A stretch of 64,000 nucleotides of DNA from an uncultured Planctomycetota bacterium (GTDB taxonomy: Bacteria > Planctomycetota > Planctomycetia > Isosphaerales > Isosphaeraceae): contig CAWJTV010000028.1 of assembly GCA_963845755.1 (NCBI GenBank), forward strand, positions 192,001 to 256,000, in the 5' to 3' direction. Shown one piece after another: positions 1-11,488 of the stretch. How positions within the stretch are numbered: position 1 is the stretch's first letter; every line of letters begins with the position of its first letter. The notes under the pieces are model-generated. The model saw only the letters and a list, made by a program, of their open reading frames with translations, was not told the DNA's origin and ran no database searches. Position numbers and translations under genes: made by a program.

Positions 1-1690
1 AAACCATTGGATTGTCGAGCCGACGGGGTGCTGCCTTGCTCGAACAGGTCGAAAATCGTCTGCAAATCGTCGGGCGAAATACCGATGCCCGTGTCGCTGA
101 CGCTGATCATCAGACCGGAGCTGGTCTCACCCGAGGGGCTCGTGCCCCCATCTCGAGACCGGACCGTCACGATCCCGCCCGGCGGAGTGAATTTGATCGC
201 ATTCTTGATGAGGTTCCAGAGGACCTGCTGAAACCGGATCGGGTCGACGTCAACCTCGGACCGCCGGGCCGCAAGATCGAACCGCATCACGAGCCCCGCC
301 GAACGGAGGTCGTCCCCGCAGATCTCGACCACGCGCTGGATCAATTCATGAGCGTCGAAAACCTCGCGCCTCAGGAGGAGCTTCCCGCCGCGGATCCGGG
401 TCAGGTCCAGGAGGTCGTCGATCAGCCTGACCTCCAGGATCACGTTGCGACGGATCATTCCCAGCACCTCGGGGAGGTCGGCGGCCAGGCCGGGCTGATC
501 GAGGATCGCCGTCACCGTGGCGAGGATGGGGGTCAGCGGCGTGCGAAGCTCGTGACTGAGGGTGGCCAGGAAGCGGTCTTGCGCCGGATCACCGCCTCGG
601 CCTCGGTTCGGCCCGCCTGCTCTCGGTACATCCGTTCCCGCTCGACCTCGGTGCGACGGCGTTCCGTGATATCGCGGAGGACCAGGACCCAGCCGGAGGG
701 AACTTCGTCGCAGCCGAGGCAGGAGATTCGAGCATCGAACCAAGAGGACCGGGCCGGGTCGGCCCCTTCAAGCTCGAAGCTGGCCTCCCGATACTCCTTG
801 ATCCGAGCCAGCCGATCGGCCAGCGCCGGCCACGCGCCAAACGCTCGCGTCGCATCGACGCCCAGGCTGTCTCGACCGGGTGGCCCGACGAGCTGGCGCG
901 CGGCCGGGTTCAAGGCCACGACGCGGCCGCCGGCGTCGATGACGACGACCGGGTCATTCATTCGCTCAACCACCGCGGCCCATGCCACCGGCGTCAGGTC
1001 CAGCAGCCGCAACCGGAACAGGCCGGGGAAGAACGCCAGCCCGGTCACGGCGAAGGTCGCCGCGGCGGTGTCTACGTAGAAGAATCCGAAAACTTGCGTC
1101 ATGTCGATGATGCTGACCACCCAGGGCACGAGCACCCCGAAGAGCATCACCGCGGCCTGGGCTCGGTAGACCCCGACGGACCGCACAACGGCCGCGGTCA
1201 GCAGGAAAATCGAGACACCAGCCACGAGGTAACAATACCCGAAGAGGACCCAGAATCCCGTCCCGTAACCCCGGACGACCATCGGAAACCCGTCAACCTG
1301 TTCAAGTCGGATCGACGACCAGAAGGCGTAGTGCCAGGGGTTGGTCCAGGCCACCGGAAGCGTAGCCAGTGGAAGTGCACAGATCGCGGCGAATCGACCG
1401 GGGCTCAGCCATCGGCCTCGGCCCGTATAGTGCAAGACGAAGCCGAGCATGCCCAGGATCGAGATCACCGCACCCAGGACACGCAGGTTGATGCAGAATA
1501 ACTTGACCGGCACGTCAACGACCATCAGTTCCACAGCCTGGGAGGCTGCCCACATCATCTCCCCGACCATCATTGCGCCGAAGGCAGGCGCCCTCGGCAT
1601 CTCCCGCCGCCGCCAGGCAAATAAGGCCAGAACGGCGGAAGTCCCACCGGCGAGGAGGAACGGGAGTGCCTTGGAATCGATTGGCAACAT
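1..1690 (-). CDS. Sensor histidine kinase (N-terminal 7TM domain, PAS, HisKA, HATPase); runs off window; frameshift near 590
   Basis: ORF 533..1831 gives 7 hydrophobic segments and a PAS domain (VVVIDAGGRVVALNPAA...LVLRDITERR). Another minus frame below ~580 reads FLATLSHELRTPL...QQVLWNLIKNAIKFTPPGG...DTGIGI. ATG of MLPIDSK at 1690. Confidence 0.88.
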
Positions 1691-2161
1691 CGTCTTCCAG
1701 ACTCCAAGCTGGCCAATGGGACGTCGATCACCCAACCCCACAGGACTTTGAGGGTTCGGCACAGGGGATGGCTCAGTCACACCCAACCAAGCAGCAACGC
1801 CTAGATCGATCCGAGATGTCAGGCGCGTCAACGCGCTCGAGACTCAACAGTAATCATCGACCCAAGCCCCGAACAGATCCGAGCCTCATAGAGCTTACGT
1901 AAGCGAAATCAGAGAAATTTTAGGAACTTCATGATGAGTACGCAAGATTAGTCGGATCAGAACTCATTCGCCCATGAGCAAGCAGGTGCTGGAGGCTGTG
2001 GCGGATGGATACTTCGTCGCAGTGTCAGTGCAAGCACGCTGAAGGTATCTCGAGACCGTTTCGCCGGAGTGTTGTAGAGGGTGGCAGTCTGATATCCTCA
2101 TCGAGTCAGGAACGCAAGCGGATTGAGGAGCAGCCCATCATCCGACAGCGAGGAACGACTC

Positions 2162-3548
2162 ATGGTCGCCGTACTCTTACTACTCGTTAGCCTTCCGTTG
2201 GCCGACACGCCGATTTCGTTGCACCCGGAGAATCCCCATTATCTCCAATTTCGGGGAAAGCCGACACTCCTGATCACCTCCACCGAGCATTACGGCGCGG
2301 TCCTGAACGGGGACTTCGATGCGATCCCGTATCTCGACGAGCTGCATGCCCGTCAACTCAATCTGACGCGGACGTTCTCGGGCACGTATCGGGAAGTCCC
2401 CGGTTCGTTCCGAATCGCCAAGAACACGCTCGCGCCGAGCGCCGAGAAGTACATCGCACCCTGGCCCCGCACCAGGACGCCCGGCGCCGTCAACGGCGGC
2501 AATCGGTTCGATCTCGGCCGATGGAACGACGCCTATTTCGATCGCCTCAAGGCGTTCGTGTCCGCCGCTTCGGCCCGGGGCATCGTGGTCGAGTACGTCC
2601 TGTTCTGCCCTCTCTACGAAGAGAACCTCTGGGCATTGAATCCTATGAACGCTCAGAACAATGTCAACGGGGTCGGCAACATTCCCCGAGACCAGGTGTA
2701 CACCGGGAAACATCGGAATCTTCAAGAGAAGCAGGAGGCGTTCGTTCGCAAGGCCGTACGCGAATTGAACGCGTTCGACAACCTCTATTTCGAGATCTGC
2801 AACGAGCCGTATTTTGGCGGCGTCACCTTGGATTGGCAGGCACGAATCGCCTCGGTGATCGTCGATACGGAGAAATCCCTGCCGAACAAGCACCTCATCG
2901 CCCAGAACATCGCCAACGAGAAGGCTAAGATCGAACGACCCGACGCGACCGTCTCGATCTTCAACTTCCACTACGCGGCACCTCCGTTCACCGTTGGAAT
3001 GAATTTCGGCCTTAGAAAGCCAATTGCCGACGATGAGACTGGTTTCCGCGGCATCACGGATCGGCCCTACCGCATCGAGGCCTGGGATTTCTTCATGGCC
3101 GGCGGCGCGGTCTTCGACCACCTCGATTACTCGTTCACGACCGACCATGAAGATGGGACCGATCGGGTCAGTCGAACCCACGCCTGGCGGCGGCGGGCCA
3201 AACTTCCGTTTCCAGATGCAGGTCCTGAAACGATTCATCGAGGGGTTTGATTTCGTGAAGATGGCGCCGGACGCCAAGGTCATCGCGGGCGTCGCTCCGG
3301 CGAAGACCTCGGCCCGGGCGCTGAGCGAGCCGGGAAAAGCGTATGCGATCTACATCCACGGCGAGTCCAAGGCCGCGCTGACCTTGAACCTTCCCGAAGG
3401 ACATTACACGGCCGAATGGCTAAATCCGCGCACCGGAAAGGTCAACCTCTCGCAAGACATTCCGAGCCGCGGCGATCCTGTGATGGTGACGTCCCCACCT
3501 TACGAAGAGGATATCGCGCTGAGGATCCGTCGCACCGGGTTGCCGTGA
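2162..3548 (+). CDS. Secreted glycoside hydrolase-like protein (GH5/DUF4038-like TIM barrel plus C-terminal beta domain); frameshift near 3165
   Basis: Signal peptide MVAVLLLLVSLPLA, clan GH-A-like EICNEP and DDETG motifs; C-terminus (YTAEWLNPRTG) is in ORF 3024..3548. Confidence 0.7.
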
Positions 3549-3577
3549 GAGGCACCGTTCCGCGTGGCGAGTCAACC

Positions 3578-4357
3578 TCAAGGGACAAAGAACGGCTCGA
3601 GCAAGCGCCGGGGCAGGCCGATATCAATCACCGCGACTTCGCCGATGAAATTGGCCGCGCCGGGGGCGGCGAAGCCCAGCTTGGCCGCGACGAACGTGGC
3701 CGTGGCCTCGGCGCAAACGGCCGCGCCCAGAGGCTGGCCGGTGTCGGCGTCGAGGCCCGACGGGAGATCGAGGGCGAAGACCGGCTTGCCCGAATGATTG
3801 ATCGCCTCGATCACGGTCTTGAGCGGCCCTTCAACAGGTCGCGAGAGGCCCGTACCCAGGAGGCCATCGACCAGCCAGTCGGCGCCGTTCAGCAGGGCAT
3901 GAAGCGGCTCCGGATCGATGGCCTCGCCCGGGCGATCATCGAACCAGGCGGACTGCACGACGCCGGATTTCTCCAGGATAGTCCACTGGACGGCGGCGTC
4001 GCCGCGAAGCTGCTCACGCCGGGCGAACCAGACGACTTGAACCGGGAACCCCCAGGCCTCGAGGTGGCGGGCGACGACACCGCCATCGCCGCCGTTGTTT
4101 CCCGGCCCGCAGAGGACCAGTACCCGGGCCGGAGCCGGCCCGTGAGATGCCTCCGGATGCGGCAAGGACGGCGGGGGCGTGAAGGGCCGACCGCCCGCGT
4201 CCGGCGGGATCGCGCCGAGCAGCTCGGCCAGCCAGCCGGCCGCACCGCGGCCTGCGTTCTCCATCAACAATAAGCTCGGCAGACCCAGCTCCTCGGCTGC
4301 CGTCACGTCCAACCCGCGGACCTCCTGGCGCGAGAGCGGCCGGATTCGAACGATCAT
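3578..4357 (-). CDS. nnrE: NAD(P)H-hydrate epimerase (YjeF N-terminal domain)
   Basis: LMENAG, GPGNNGGDG, VDGLLGTG and ALDLPSG motifs. Confidence 0.93.
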   Translation of the reverse strand: MIVRIRPLSRQEVRGLDVTAAEELGLPSLLLMENAGRGAAGWLAELLGAIPPDAGGRPFTPPPSLPHPEASHGPAPARVLVLCGPGNNGGDGGVVARHLEAWGFPVQVVWFARREQLRGDAAVQWTILEKSGVVQSAWFDDRPGEAIDPEPLHALLNGADWLVDGLLGTGLSRPVEGPLKTVIEAINHSGKPVFALDLPSGLDADTGQPLGAAVCAEATATFVAAKLGFAAPGAANFIGEVAVIDIGLPRRLLEPFFVP

Positions 4358-4425
4358 GACCAATCCTCCCCGCTCCTCGGATTCAACTCATGATTCCTAC
4401 ACGAGTTAACCCGATCCGTCTGACA

Positions 4426-4454
4426 TTGACAAGCCCCGTTTCGCCTTCCAGAAT
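4426..4454 (+). promoter_or_regulatory. Putative sigma70 promoter upstream of the FmdB-family gene
   Basis: TTGACA (4426-4431), 17 nt spacer, CAGAAT (4449-4454). Confidence 0.55.
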
Positions 4455-4541
4455 ATCCCTATGTCTCGCCGCGCGGACGCTTCGAGCCCGCAAGGCACCG
4501 GCCCTGATCCCTTTTTGTGATGCCGAGGAGTCTATCGGACC

Positions 4542-4784
4542 ATGCCGATTTATGAATATCACTGCGAGCCCTGCGAACGCACGTTCGAGACCTTGATCCG
4601 GAGCGATCGCGACGTGGCGCACTGCCCGAGCTGCGGTAGCATCGACGTATCGAAGCAGCTCAGCGTCCCGGCGGCGGCTCAGACCGGTCGCGGAGGCGAA
4701 CTGCCGATCAGCAATGCAGGCTCACCCGCCTTCGGTTGCGGTCGGCCCCAGTGTGGGGCGGGGATGTGCGCGGCGTTGGAGTAG
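4542..4784 (+). CDS. FmdB-family zinc-ribbon protein
   Basis: MPIYEYHCEPC...CPSCGS, Cys-rich tail CGRPQCGAGMC; GAGGAG upstream. Confidence 0.9.
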   Translation: MPIYEYHCEPCERTFETLIRSDRDVAHCPSCGSIDVSKQLSVPAAAQTGRGGELPISNAGSPAFGCGRPQCGAGMCAALE

Positions 4785-4997
4785 CCTCTTTTGGCACCCG
4801 CACAGGCTGCGATGGTCGATTCGGATTGCGCCGGGCGTGGACGCCCTTCGACTCCGTCGCGCGTCTCGACGAGCGTGATGATCGCAGCTACCTGGCTCGT
4901 CTCGACGACCGCCGTCGCCGATCGACCACAACGTCCGCACATCCGGCAGTTTCTGCCTTTGGCCCAGCCATACTAGACATTCGCCCGCCCTTCGTCT

Positions 4998-5028
4998 TTG
5001 ACAATCTCCCCCGCGGAGTGCATATCTT
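4998..5028 (+). promoter_or_regulatory. Putative sigma70 promoter upstream of dnaA
   Basis: TTGACA at 4998-5003 followed by TG-CATATCTT at 5019-5028. Confidence 0.4.
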
Positions 5029-5204
5029 CCTGGCTGCGGGATCACGCCGAGGGCTGGAGCCGTCGCTTCTAGATCATTTCGGCGCATTCGGATGAATCGG
5101 CATGCACCGGACGAGTCATCCCATCAGAGGGATCGTTCCCGGCCATCGAGAGATCTAACGGCGCGTTCAGCGCCGGTCGTGCGCGCCGATCGGGGGTAGA
5201 TCAG

Positions 5205-6836
5205 ATGATGGCGGGGCACCCGGGACACGGACGCGATCGGGCGGGAAGGCACGCTCCCGCGCACGGCGCGACGGTCGAGGTCGAATGCTCGGTGTCATCC
5301 CTCCGCGCAGCAGTTTCGGAGCGAGTCGGCGAGTCGCGATTCGGCCTGTGGTTCGGGGATGGGGTCGACCTGGCCCTCAGCGGCGACGGCGGCGCCCTGG
5401 AAGTCCGCGTGCCCGACGCCTTCTTCCGCGACTGGATCCGGCGCCACTATACCGAGAGTCTGCTGGAGGCAGGCGAGGCGGTGGCGGGGCGGCCGTTGCG
5501 GTTGTCGATCGAAGTTCGCAACGAGGAAGAGTCACCGCTGGGCGACGTGGTCCCGCCGGCGGCGCCACACGGCGATCCGGAGGACAGCCCGAGGCGCGGG
5601 CAGACCATCACCATCCCGAACCCCGGTAATCCCAAAGCCCCGCTGTCGTTTCCGATATTGCCGCCGGGCGGACCTGAGCCGGAGCCTCCCTCGCTGCCGC
5701 CTCGATCCGATCGACCCGGACCGCGAAATCGGGCACACCCCACCGCGGTAACAGGCGCCCCGGTGTCAACAACCCTCGCGAGCGGGTCAAAGCCGGCCCG
5801 GCCGTGGCGCCGATTCGATGACTTCATGACCGGACCCGGCAATCACCTGGCGCACGCCGCGGCGCGGGAGATGGCCCAGTCGGCCGGTACCGCGTTCAAC
5901 CCCCTGGTGATCCACGGCGGAATCGGCATGGGCAAGACGCATTTGCTCGAGGCGATCGGTCATGCCTTGAGGCGCGCGCACCCGGGCCTGAACGTCCTCC
6001 AGATCACCGCCGAGGCGTTCACCAATAGCTTCCTCGAAGCGATGCGCACGGGCGGCTTGAGCAGCTTCCGATCCCGGTTCCGAGGCGCCGGCGGCTTGAT
6101 CGTGGATGATGTTCACTTCCTCGCCGCCAAGCGCGCCACCCAGGACGAGTTCCTCCACACCTACAATGCGCTGTCGTCAACAAAGGTGTCGCCGATTATC
6201 CTGGCGGCCGATCAGCACCCTCGATTGATCCATCGGCTGACCGACGAGCTGGTCACCCGGTTCCTGGGCGGGATGATCGTCAAGATCGACGCGCCCGACC
6301 TGGCCACTCGCCGCGCGATCCTCCAATCGCGGGCCTCGGGGCGCGGAGTCGATGTCCCCGAGGCGATCATCGCCTACATCGCCGAGCACTTGCGCACCAG
6401 CGTCCGCGAGCTGGAAGGGGCGCTTCACACAGTCATCGCGCAGGCCGTGCTGACCGGCAAGCGGCTCGACATGAACCTCGCCAGGGCTGCCTTGCGGGAC
6501 ACGATCCGCCACACGTCGCAGGCCGTGGCCCTGCGCGACGTCGAGCGGGCCGTCTGCCAGCTCTTCCAGGTCACCACCGACTCCCTCAAGTCCGAGAGTC
6601 GCGCCCGCAGCCTAGCCTATCCCCGCATGATGGCCATGTACCTGGCCCGCAAGCACACCGGCGCCGCCTATAGCGAGATCGGCCGATACTTCGGCGGCCG
6701 CAACCATTCGACGGTCATCTCCGCCGAGAAGAAGGTCCTGGGCTGGCTCCAGGCCGAAGAACGCACTGCGCTCTTGCCTGGCTTTGAGACGATGTCCGAC
6801 CTATTGGCGGATCTGGAGCGGACCCTGGGAGCTTGA
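5205..6836 (+). CDS. dnaA: Chromosomal replication initiator DnaA with long Pro-rich linker
   Basis: FNPLVIHGGIGMGKTHLL (Walker A), LIVDDVHFL (Walker B), SVRELEGAL, domain IV EIGRYFGGRNHSTV. Confidence 0.95.
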   Translation: MMAGHPGHGRDRAGRHAPAHGATVEVECSVSSLRAAVSERVGESRFGLWFGDGVDLALSGDGGALEVRVPDAFFRDWIRRHYTESLLEAGEAVAGRPLRLSIEVRNEEESPLGDVVPPAAPHGDPEDSPRRGQTITIPNPGNPKAPLSFPILPPGGPEPEPPSLPPRSDRPGPRNRAHPTAVTGAPVSTTLASGSKPARPWRRFDDFMTGPGNHLAHAAAREMAQSAGTAFNPLVIHGGIGMGKTHLLEAIGHALRRAHPGLNVLQITAEAFTNSFLEAMRTGGLSSFRSRFRGAGGLIVDDVHFLAAKRATQDEFLHTYNALSSTKVSPIILAADQHPRLIHRLTDELVTRFLGGMIVKIDAPDLATRRAILQSRASGRGVDVPEAIIAYIAEHLRTSVRELEGALHTVIAQAVLTGKRLDMNLARAALRDTIRHTSQAVALRDVERAVCQLFQVTTDSLKSESRARSLAYPRMMAMYLARKHTGAAYSEIGRYFGGRNHSTVISAEKKVLGWLQAEERTALLPGFETMSDLLADLERTLGA

Positions 6837-6933
6837 GCGAGTTCCGAATGAGCGCCGGCAAGGGGTTTCGAGTTGGTCCCCCTCGCCGCGCTCGGAGCGA
6901 TCGGCAGCATCGGCGATCGGTTCACAATTCACG

Positions 6934-8499
6934 TCATCCCACCGACTCCACCTTGAGAAGGCGGCGCGCCTCGGCAACGCCCGGGGCGGGGAACCCGAAT
7001 TCACTGGCGCTGACCCGGGCCAACGCGGCCAGTTGCCGCCATCGGAAGGTCGGCCGGGTGGTGGCGAACTCCTCGGTCACGGTGCGGTAATACTTCTCGG
7101 CATGGAGGGCACCGTCTTCGCTGATGGCGTAGCGGAGCAACATGTCGAAGACCTGGCGCTCCGGACGGCCGAGCTCGCCATAGTGGTGGACCAGGGCGCA
7201 GGCGCGGGCCTGGTCCTTCGCCTTGATGGCGGCCTCTGCTTCGGAGAGCAGCGCATCGGGCTGCACGTCGCGAATTTTCTCGCAGTGCTCGGCGAAAGGG
7301 TACGCCTTCGCATTGAGGCCGCCCGCCTGACCGGCCGTGTGATAGGCCCCGACGATCAGGCTGGCGTACGTGTTGCGCCGGTCGCTCACCCGCGCGATGT
7401 TCCGCCATGCGTTCGCGGCATCTGACGCATGCACGCCGACCGACGCGCCATGGACGCTGCCGATCGGCTTGGCGGGCGAGTCCGCCTGGCGCCGACCCGG
7501 GTCGTGGAGCACGAGCTGGTTCGCGGCCAGCGAGATCGCCTCGCCGACAACTTCGGGCGCGATCCCGTCGGCCAGGGCCTCCGCCACGGCCTCCGCGGCC
7601 TGATCCCGGCGCGATGCGTAGATCATCTGGCTCATCTGTTCGATCCAGGCGTCGTCGGGTCGACGGTCGCCCGGGGAGCGGCTCGCCAGGCCGCGGCGTT
7701 CGAGCAGCTTGGGTAGTAGGGCCCGGAGTGCCTCTTCCGAGCGGTTCTTGTTCCGATGGAGTTGCCCCTCCTCGTCGACGCAGAACCGCACCGACTGGCG
7801 CAGCAAGGTGTGGGCGTGCTCCTTGCCGGTGAAGTCGAGCAGGGCCCACGATCGCCAGGCGAGCACGACTCGATGGACGTCGACGTAATCCTGGACGACG
7901 AGCTGGAGGTCGTTGTACACCTCGTTGAGCGGCCCGCGCGCCAGCGCGGCGAACGCCCGTTCTGCGGCCGCCATGTCTTGCTTGCGGGTTGCCTCGCGGA
8001 GGGCTTCCGCTCCCGCCTGGCCCGCGGGAACCTCGGCCGGCTCCACATGATGGAGGGCCTCGTGGTGCCGGCCGTCCCGTTTCTGGATGTGGTTCGTGTT
8101 GCGGTAGAGGACCTTCAGAACGGGCAGGGCTCGCTGCGCCTCAGGCAATTCGCACGACATGTGGTAGGACGGTACCAGGGCCATGATCGCGTGGTAGCCA
8201 TCGTAATCCTGGCCTCCGAAGCTGCGGGCGTTGGCCAGCGCGGCGGCGGCCACCAGTTGGCGGAGGTCCGTCCCGGACTTGATCCGCTCCACGACGATCG
8301 GCAAGAGCCGGTCGGCGGGCGTTTCCTGCATCAAGGCGACCAGCGGCTCCATCGACCCGAACGTCAAGCGTTCGGCGCCATCAGCCGCCAGGGCGGCCGG
8401 GGCCAGGCCCAGATCCTGGGCCAGCGACGAACCTACGCCGGCGACCAGCATGCCCTTGCCCACGTCCGCCAAGAACTCACGTCGGTGGTAACGATTCAT
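6934..8499 (-). CDS. Tat-signal, all-helical hypothetical protein with several His motifs
   Basis: MNRYHRREFL twin-arginine signal; motifs DGYHAIMAL, DVHRVV, HAHTLL, SVHGASVGVHASD, EDGALHAEKY. Confidence 0.8.
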   Translation of the reverse strand: MNRYHRREFLADVGKGMLVAGVGSSLAQDLGLAPAALAADGAERLTFGSMEPLVALMQETPADRLLPIVVERIKSGTDLRQLVAAAALANARSFGGQDYDGYHAIMALVPSYHMSCELPEAQRALPVLKVLYRNTNHIQKRDGRHHEALHHVEPAEVPAGQAGAEALREATRKQDMAAAERAFAALARGPLNEVYNDLQLVVQDYVDVHRVVLAWRSWALLDFTGKEHAHTLLRQSVRFCVDEEGQLHRNKNRSEEALRALLPKLLERRGLASRSPGDRRPDDAWIEQMSQMIYASRRDQAAEAVAEALADGIAPEVVGEAISLAANQLVLHDPGRRQADSPAKPIGSVHGASVGVHASDAANAWRNIARVSDRRNTYASLIVGAYHTAGQAGGLNAKAYPFAEHCEKIRDVQPDALLSEAEAAIKAKDQARACALVHHYGELGRPERQVFDMLLRYAISEDGALHAEKYYRTVTEEFATTRPTFRWRQLAALARVSASEFGFPAPGVAEARRLLKVESVG

Positions 8500-8636
8500 G
8501 ATCTGTCTCCCTGGCATGTTGCGTCTGTAGAACTGAGAACGATCCACGCTCGACACAATACCACAATTGGCGCCATCTCGGCTCGATTGATGCGGCGCCG
8601 AGACAACGCTCCGATAGGACTCTGAACGGAGGAGCG

Positions 8637-10530
8637 TTACACGTCTTCGCCCGGATTCCGGGCGGCGGCGTACTTGAACCGCCGGGGCCGCACGACGAGG
8701 ATGAGTCCGGAAAGCCCCAACAAGGCACCGGAGACCGCCGCCATCAGCAAGAAGGTCCCGCGCAGGCCCTCGTGCGTGCGAGCGATGTCGCGGTCCAGGG
8801 GGCGAATGATCTCCAGGACGCCCCCGACGTCGCCCACCTTCCAATCGCGCTTCGTGCTGTTGGTGTCATTGTTGTGGCAGCCGATGCAATCGGTCTGCAT
8901 CCGCCGCGCCGTAGCATACCGTAGCGAGGGGCGGCCCTGGAAGACTTCGAAGCGCGAGACCGGAGAATCGGGGTTTCGCCTCAAATCCGCCAGTGCGGCG
9001 CGCTCGAAGTCGTCGTGAGGGCCGCCGTTCTGTCGCGAGCGGAACGGCGTATCGCTGTAGAGCCGGAACAGCATCCCGGTCTGGCTCCGTTCGCCGAGTA
9101 GCTCTCCGAACTCGATGGTGAATCGTGCGGGGAGCGGGATGGCGCCCTTCTTGTTCGCATAGTCGTGGGTGACGACGATGCCGTGGGCCTGCACGCGCTC
9201 GACGACCTGCGAGGTATAAAGTGCATTGACCACGTCGAGCATCTCGGCCTGCTGGGCGGCGCTCTCCAGGGCCGTCGACTTCACGAGCTGATCCGTGAGG
9301 CGCGAGAGGTGCCACAGCCCGAACGCCGATCCGAGTGAGACGGCGATGAACAAACTGGCCGCCGCGGGATTACGACGGCACCAGTGCCTCAGCCGCTCGA
9401 TCCGACCAACCGGGCGTGCGCGGATCGGCTCGCCGCCGAGATGGCGCCGCAGGTCGTCGGCCAGCTCCTGCCCCGTGGCGTAGCGGCGGGCCGGCGACTT
9501 GGCCATCGCCTTCAGGCAGATCGTCTCCAGGTCGCGCGGGATCTTGTCGTTAAGCTGCCGAGGTGGTCGCGGCTCATCCTCCAGGACCTGAAGGATCAGC
9601 ATCCGACGGTTGCCTCGGAACGGGCGCTCGCCGGAGAGTACCTCGTAAAGGACGACGCCGAGGCTGTATAGATCGCTCCGAGCGTCGACTCGGCGCGACT
9701 CGCCCCTCGCCTGCTCGGGGGACATGTAGGCCGGCGTGCCCAGAACCTGGCCTTCCTGGGTCATCGAGGTCTCGTCCGCCTCTCGCTTGGCCAGGCCGAA
9801 GTCCATCAGGTGGGGCCGCCCTTCTGCGTCGAGCAGGATGTTGGAAGGCTTGATGTCCCGGTGGATGACACCGTGCCGATGGGCATAGTCGAGGGCATCG
9901 GCCACCGCGGCGATCAGCTCGGCGACCCGGCGGAACGTGAGCCGGCGATCGCGGTCGCCGAGCGCGCTCGCCAACGTCGTTCCCGGGACGAACTCCTCCA
10001 CGAGGTAGAACGTCCCGTCGTCGGCCTGACCCGATTCATGGAGCGAGACGATACCCGGGTGTTTGAGCTGGGCCGCGCTGCGGGCCTCGCGCAGGAACCG
10101 AGCGGCATCCTCCTTGCTGGCCAGACTCCCCGCCCTGGGAATCTTGATCGCCACCATCCTGTCCAGCTCGACGTCCCGCGCCCGGAATACAAAGCCATAA
10201 GAGCCCGCCCCGAGCCGTTCCACCAGCTCGAATCGACCCAGGCGGTGATCGCACGGCTCGGCTGCGAACCAGGCTGCCGCTCCGCGGCGGTCGCGGGCCG
10301 ATCGCGCCACCGCAATCAGCTCATCGGGCACCGCCTCGGCCTCGGAGCCATCCGTCCCGTCCAGCCGACGCAACTGAGCGAGAAGGGGGTCGGCGACTCG
10401 ATCGAGTGCCTGTAAAGTCGCTTCGCAATCGACACAATGCTCGACATGCGCCGCGATGCGCAAACAACGGGTCGGAAAGACTCCCGACAGCGAATCCTGC
10501 CAGCTCGGCTCGATCCGGACAGCCCATCAT
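8637..10530 (-). CDS. Membrane Ser/Thr protein kinase with N-terminal zinc-finger (anti-sigma-like) region and extracytoplasmic DUF3365/Tll0287-like c-type heme domain; frameshift near 10460
   Basis: CPDRAEL...HVEHCVDC; LGAGSYG, VAIK, HRDIKPSN, DFGLAK, GTPAYMSPE; two TM segments flanking CIGCH...WKVGDVGGVLEI. Confidence 0.9.
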
Positions 10531-10562
10531 GCCCATGGTTCGACCCCTCGTGCGTCCCCATT

Positions 10563-10623
10563 GTAGGGTGGGTGAAACCCACCAGGATCGAGCTGTTTCT
10601 TGGTCGGTTTCACCCAACCCACG
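10563..10623. repeat. GTAG-type REP doublet (REPIN-like)
   Basis: GTAGGGTGGGTGAAACCCACC ... GGTCGGTTTCACCCAACCCACG inverted pair; same family at 47539. Confidence 0.75.
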
Positions 10624-10760
10624 AAGAGTTTAACGCAACGGCGTTACACGTCCCGACTCAAGTCTGGAGTCCTCCTTGCTCTCGTCAGTGAGACGCATCA
10701 TCATTATCGTTGAGCTGACTGGACTTGACCACAGTCGGCGTCCGATCGGCGGGCCGTGAC

Positions 10761-11390
10761 ATGAGTGATCTCTCCGAGCCCATCCCAAATTGCAGGCAAC
10801 CTCAATCCTCCACCGCAACGTCTCGGAGCCTGATCGAACGGCTCAAGGCGGATGATGCGGAGGCGTGGGACCGGCTAATCGATCTTTACGGACCACTCGT
10901 GTACCGATGGTGTCGACGCTGGGAGCTTCGCGACCAGGATATCGCCGACATTCTCCAGGACGTGTTCCAGGCCGTGTCCGCTCACATCGCAATGTTCCGG
11001 AAAGAGCGAGTCGGTGACACGTTTCGTGGATGGCTCCGGACGATCGCGCGCAACAAGGTCCGGGACCACTTTCGCAGGATAGGCCGGGAGCCGGAAGGGG
11101 TCGGCGGGACCGACGCGCAAATCCGGCTCACAAGCCTGCCGGCAGCCCAGCTCGCTGAGGACCAGGATTCCCCCGAGGAGGCCGAGGAGCGGCTCCTGAT
11201 CGGTCGCGGCCTCGACCTGATCCGCAACGAGTTCGAGGCTCGCACCTGGAACGCATTCTGGGAGACCACCGTCGAGGGCCGAGATACCAAGGATGTCGCG
11301 ATCGAGCTGCGGATGAGTCCCGGCGCCGTGCGTGTGTCGAAGTCGCGGGTGCTCCGGCGGCTCCGGGAAGAACTGGGCGACACGCCGTAG
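10761..11390 (+). CDS. ECF sigma factor (planctomycete kinase-associated type)
   Basis: TSRSLIERL, YGPLVYRWCRR, DILQDVF, FRGWLRTIARNK, VAIELRMSPGAVRVSKSRVLRRLR. Confidence 0.92.
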   Translation: MSDLSEPIPNCRQPQSSTATSRSLIERLKADDAEAWDRLIDLYGPLVYRWCRRWELRDQDIADILQDVFQAVSAHIAMFRKERVGDTFRGWLRTIARNKVRDHFRRIGREPEGVGGTDAQIRLTSLPAAQLAEDQDSPEEAEERLLIGRGLDLIRNEFEARTWNAFWETTVEGRDTKDVAIELRMSPGAVRVSKSRVLRRLREELGDTP

Positions 11391-11488
11391 CGCAAGCCAT
11401 CCCGGCGGGTCGGCGGTTTCATCGTCTGGAGCGCAGAAACCGCGATCTTCCTTCCGGTCGCAGTGAGATCCGCAAGACGCCGTTGCGG

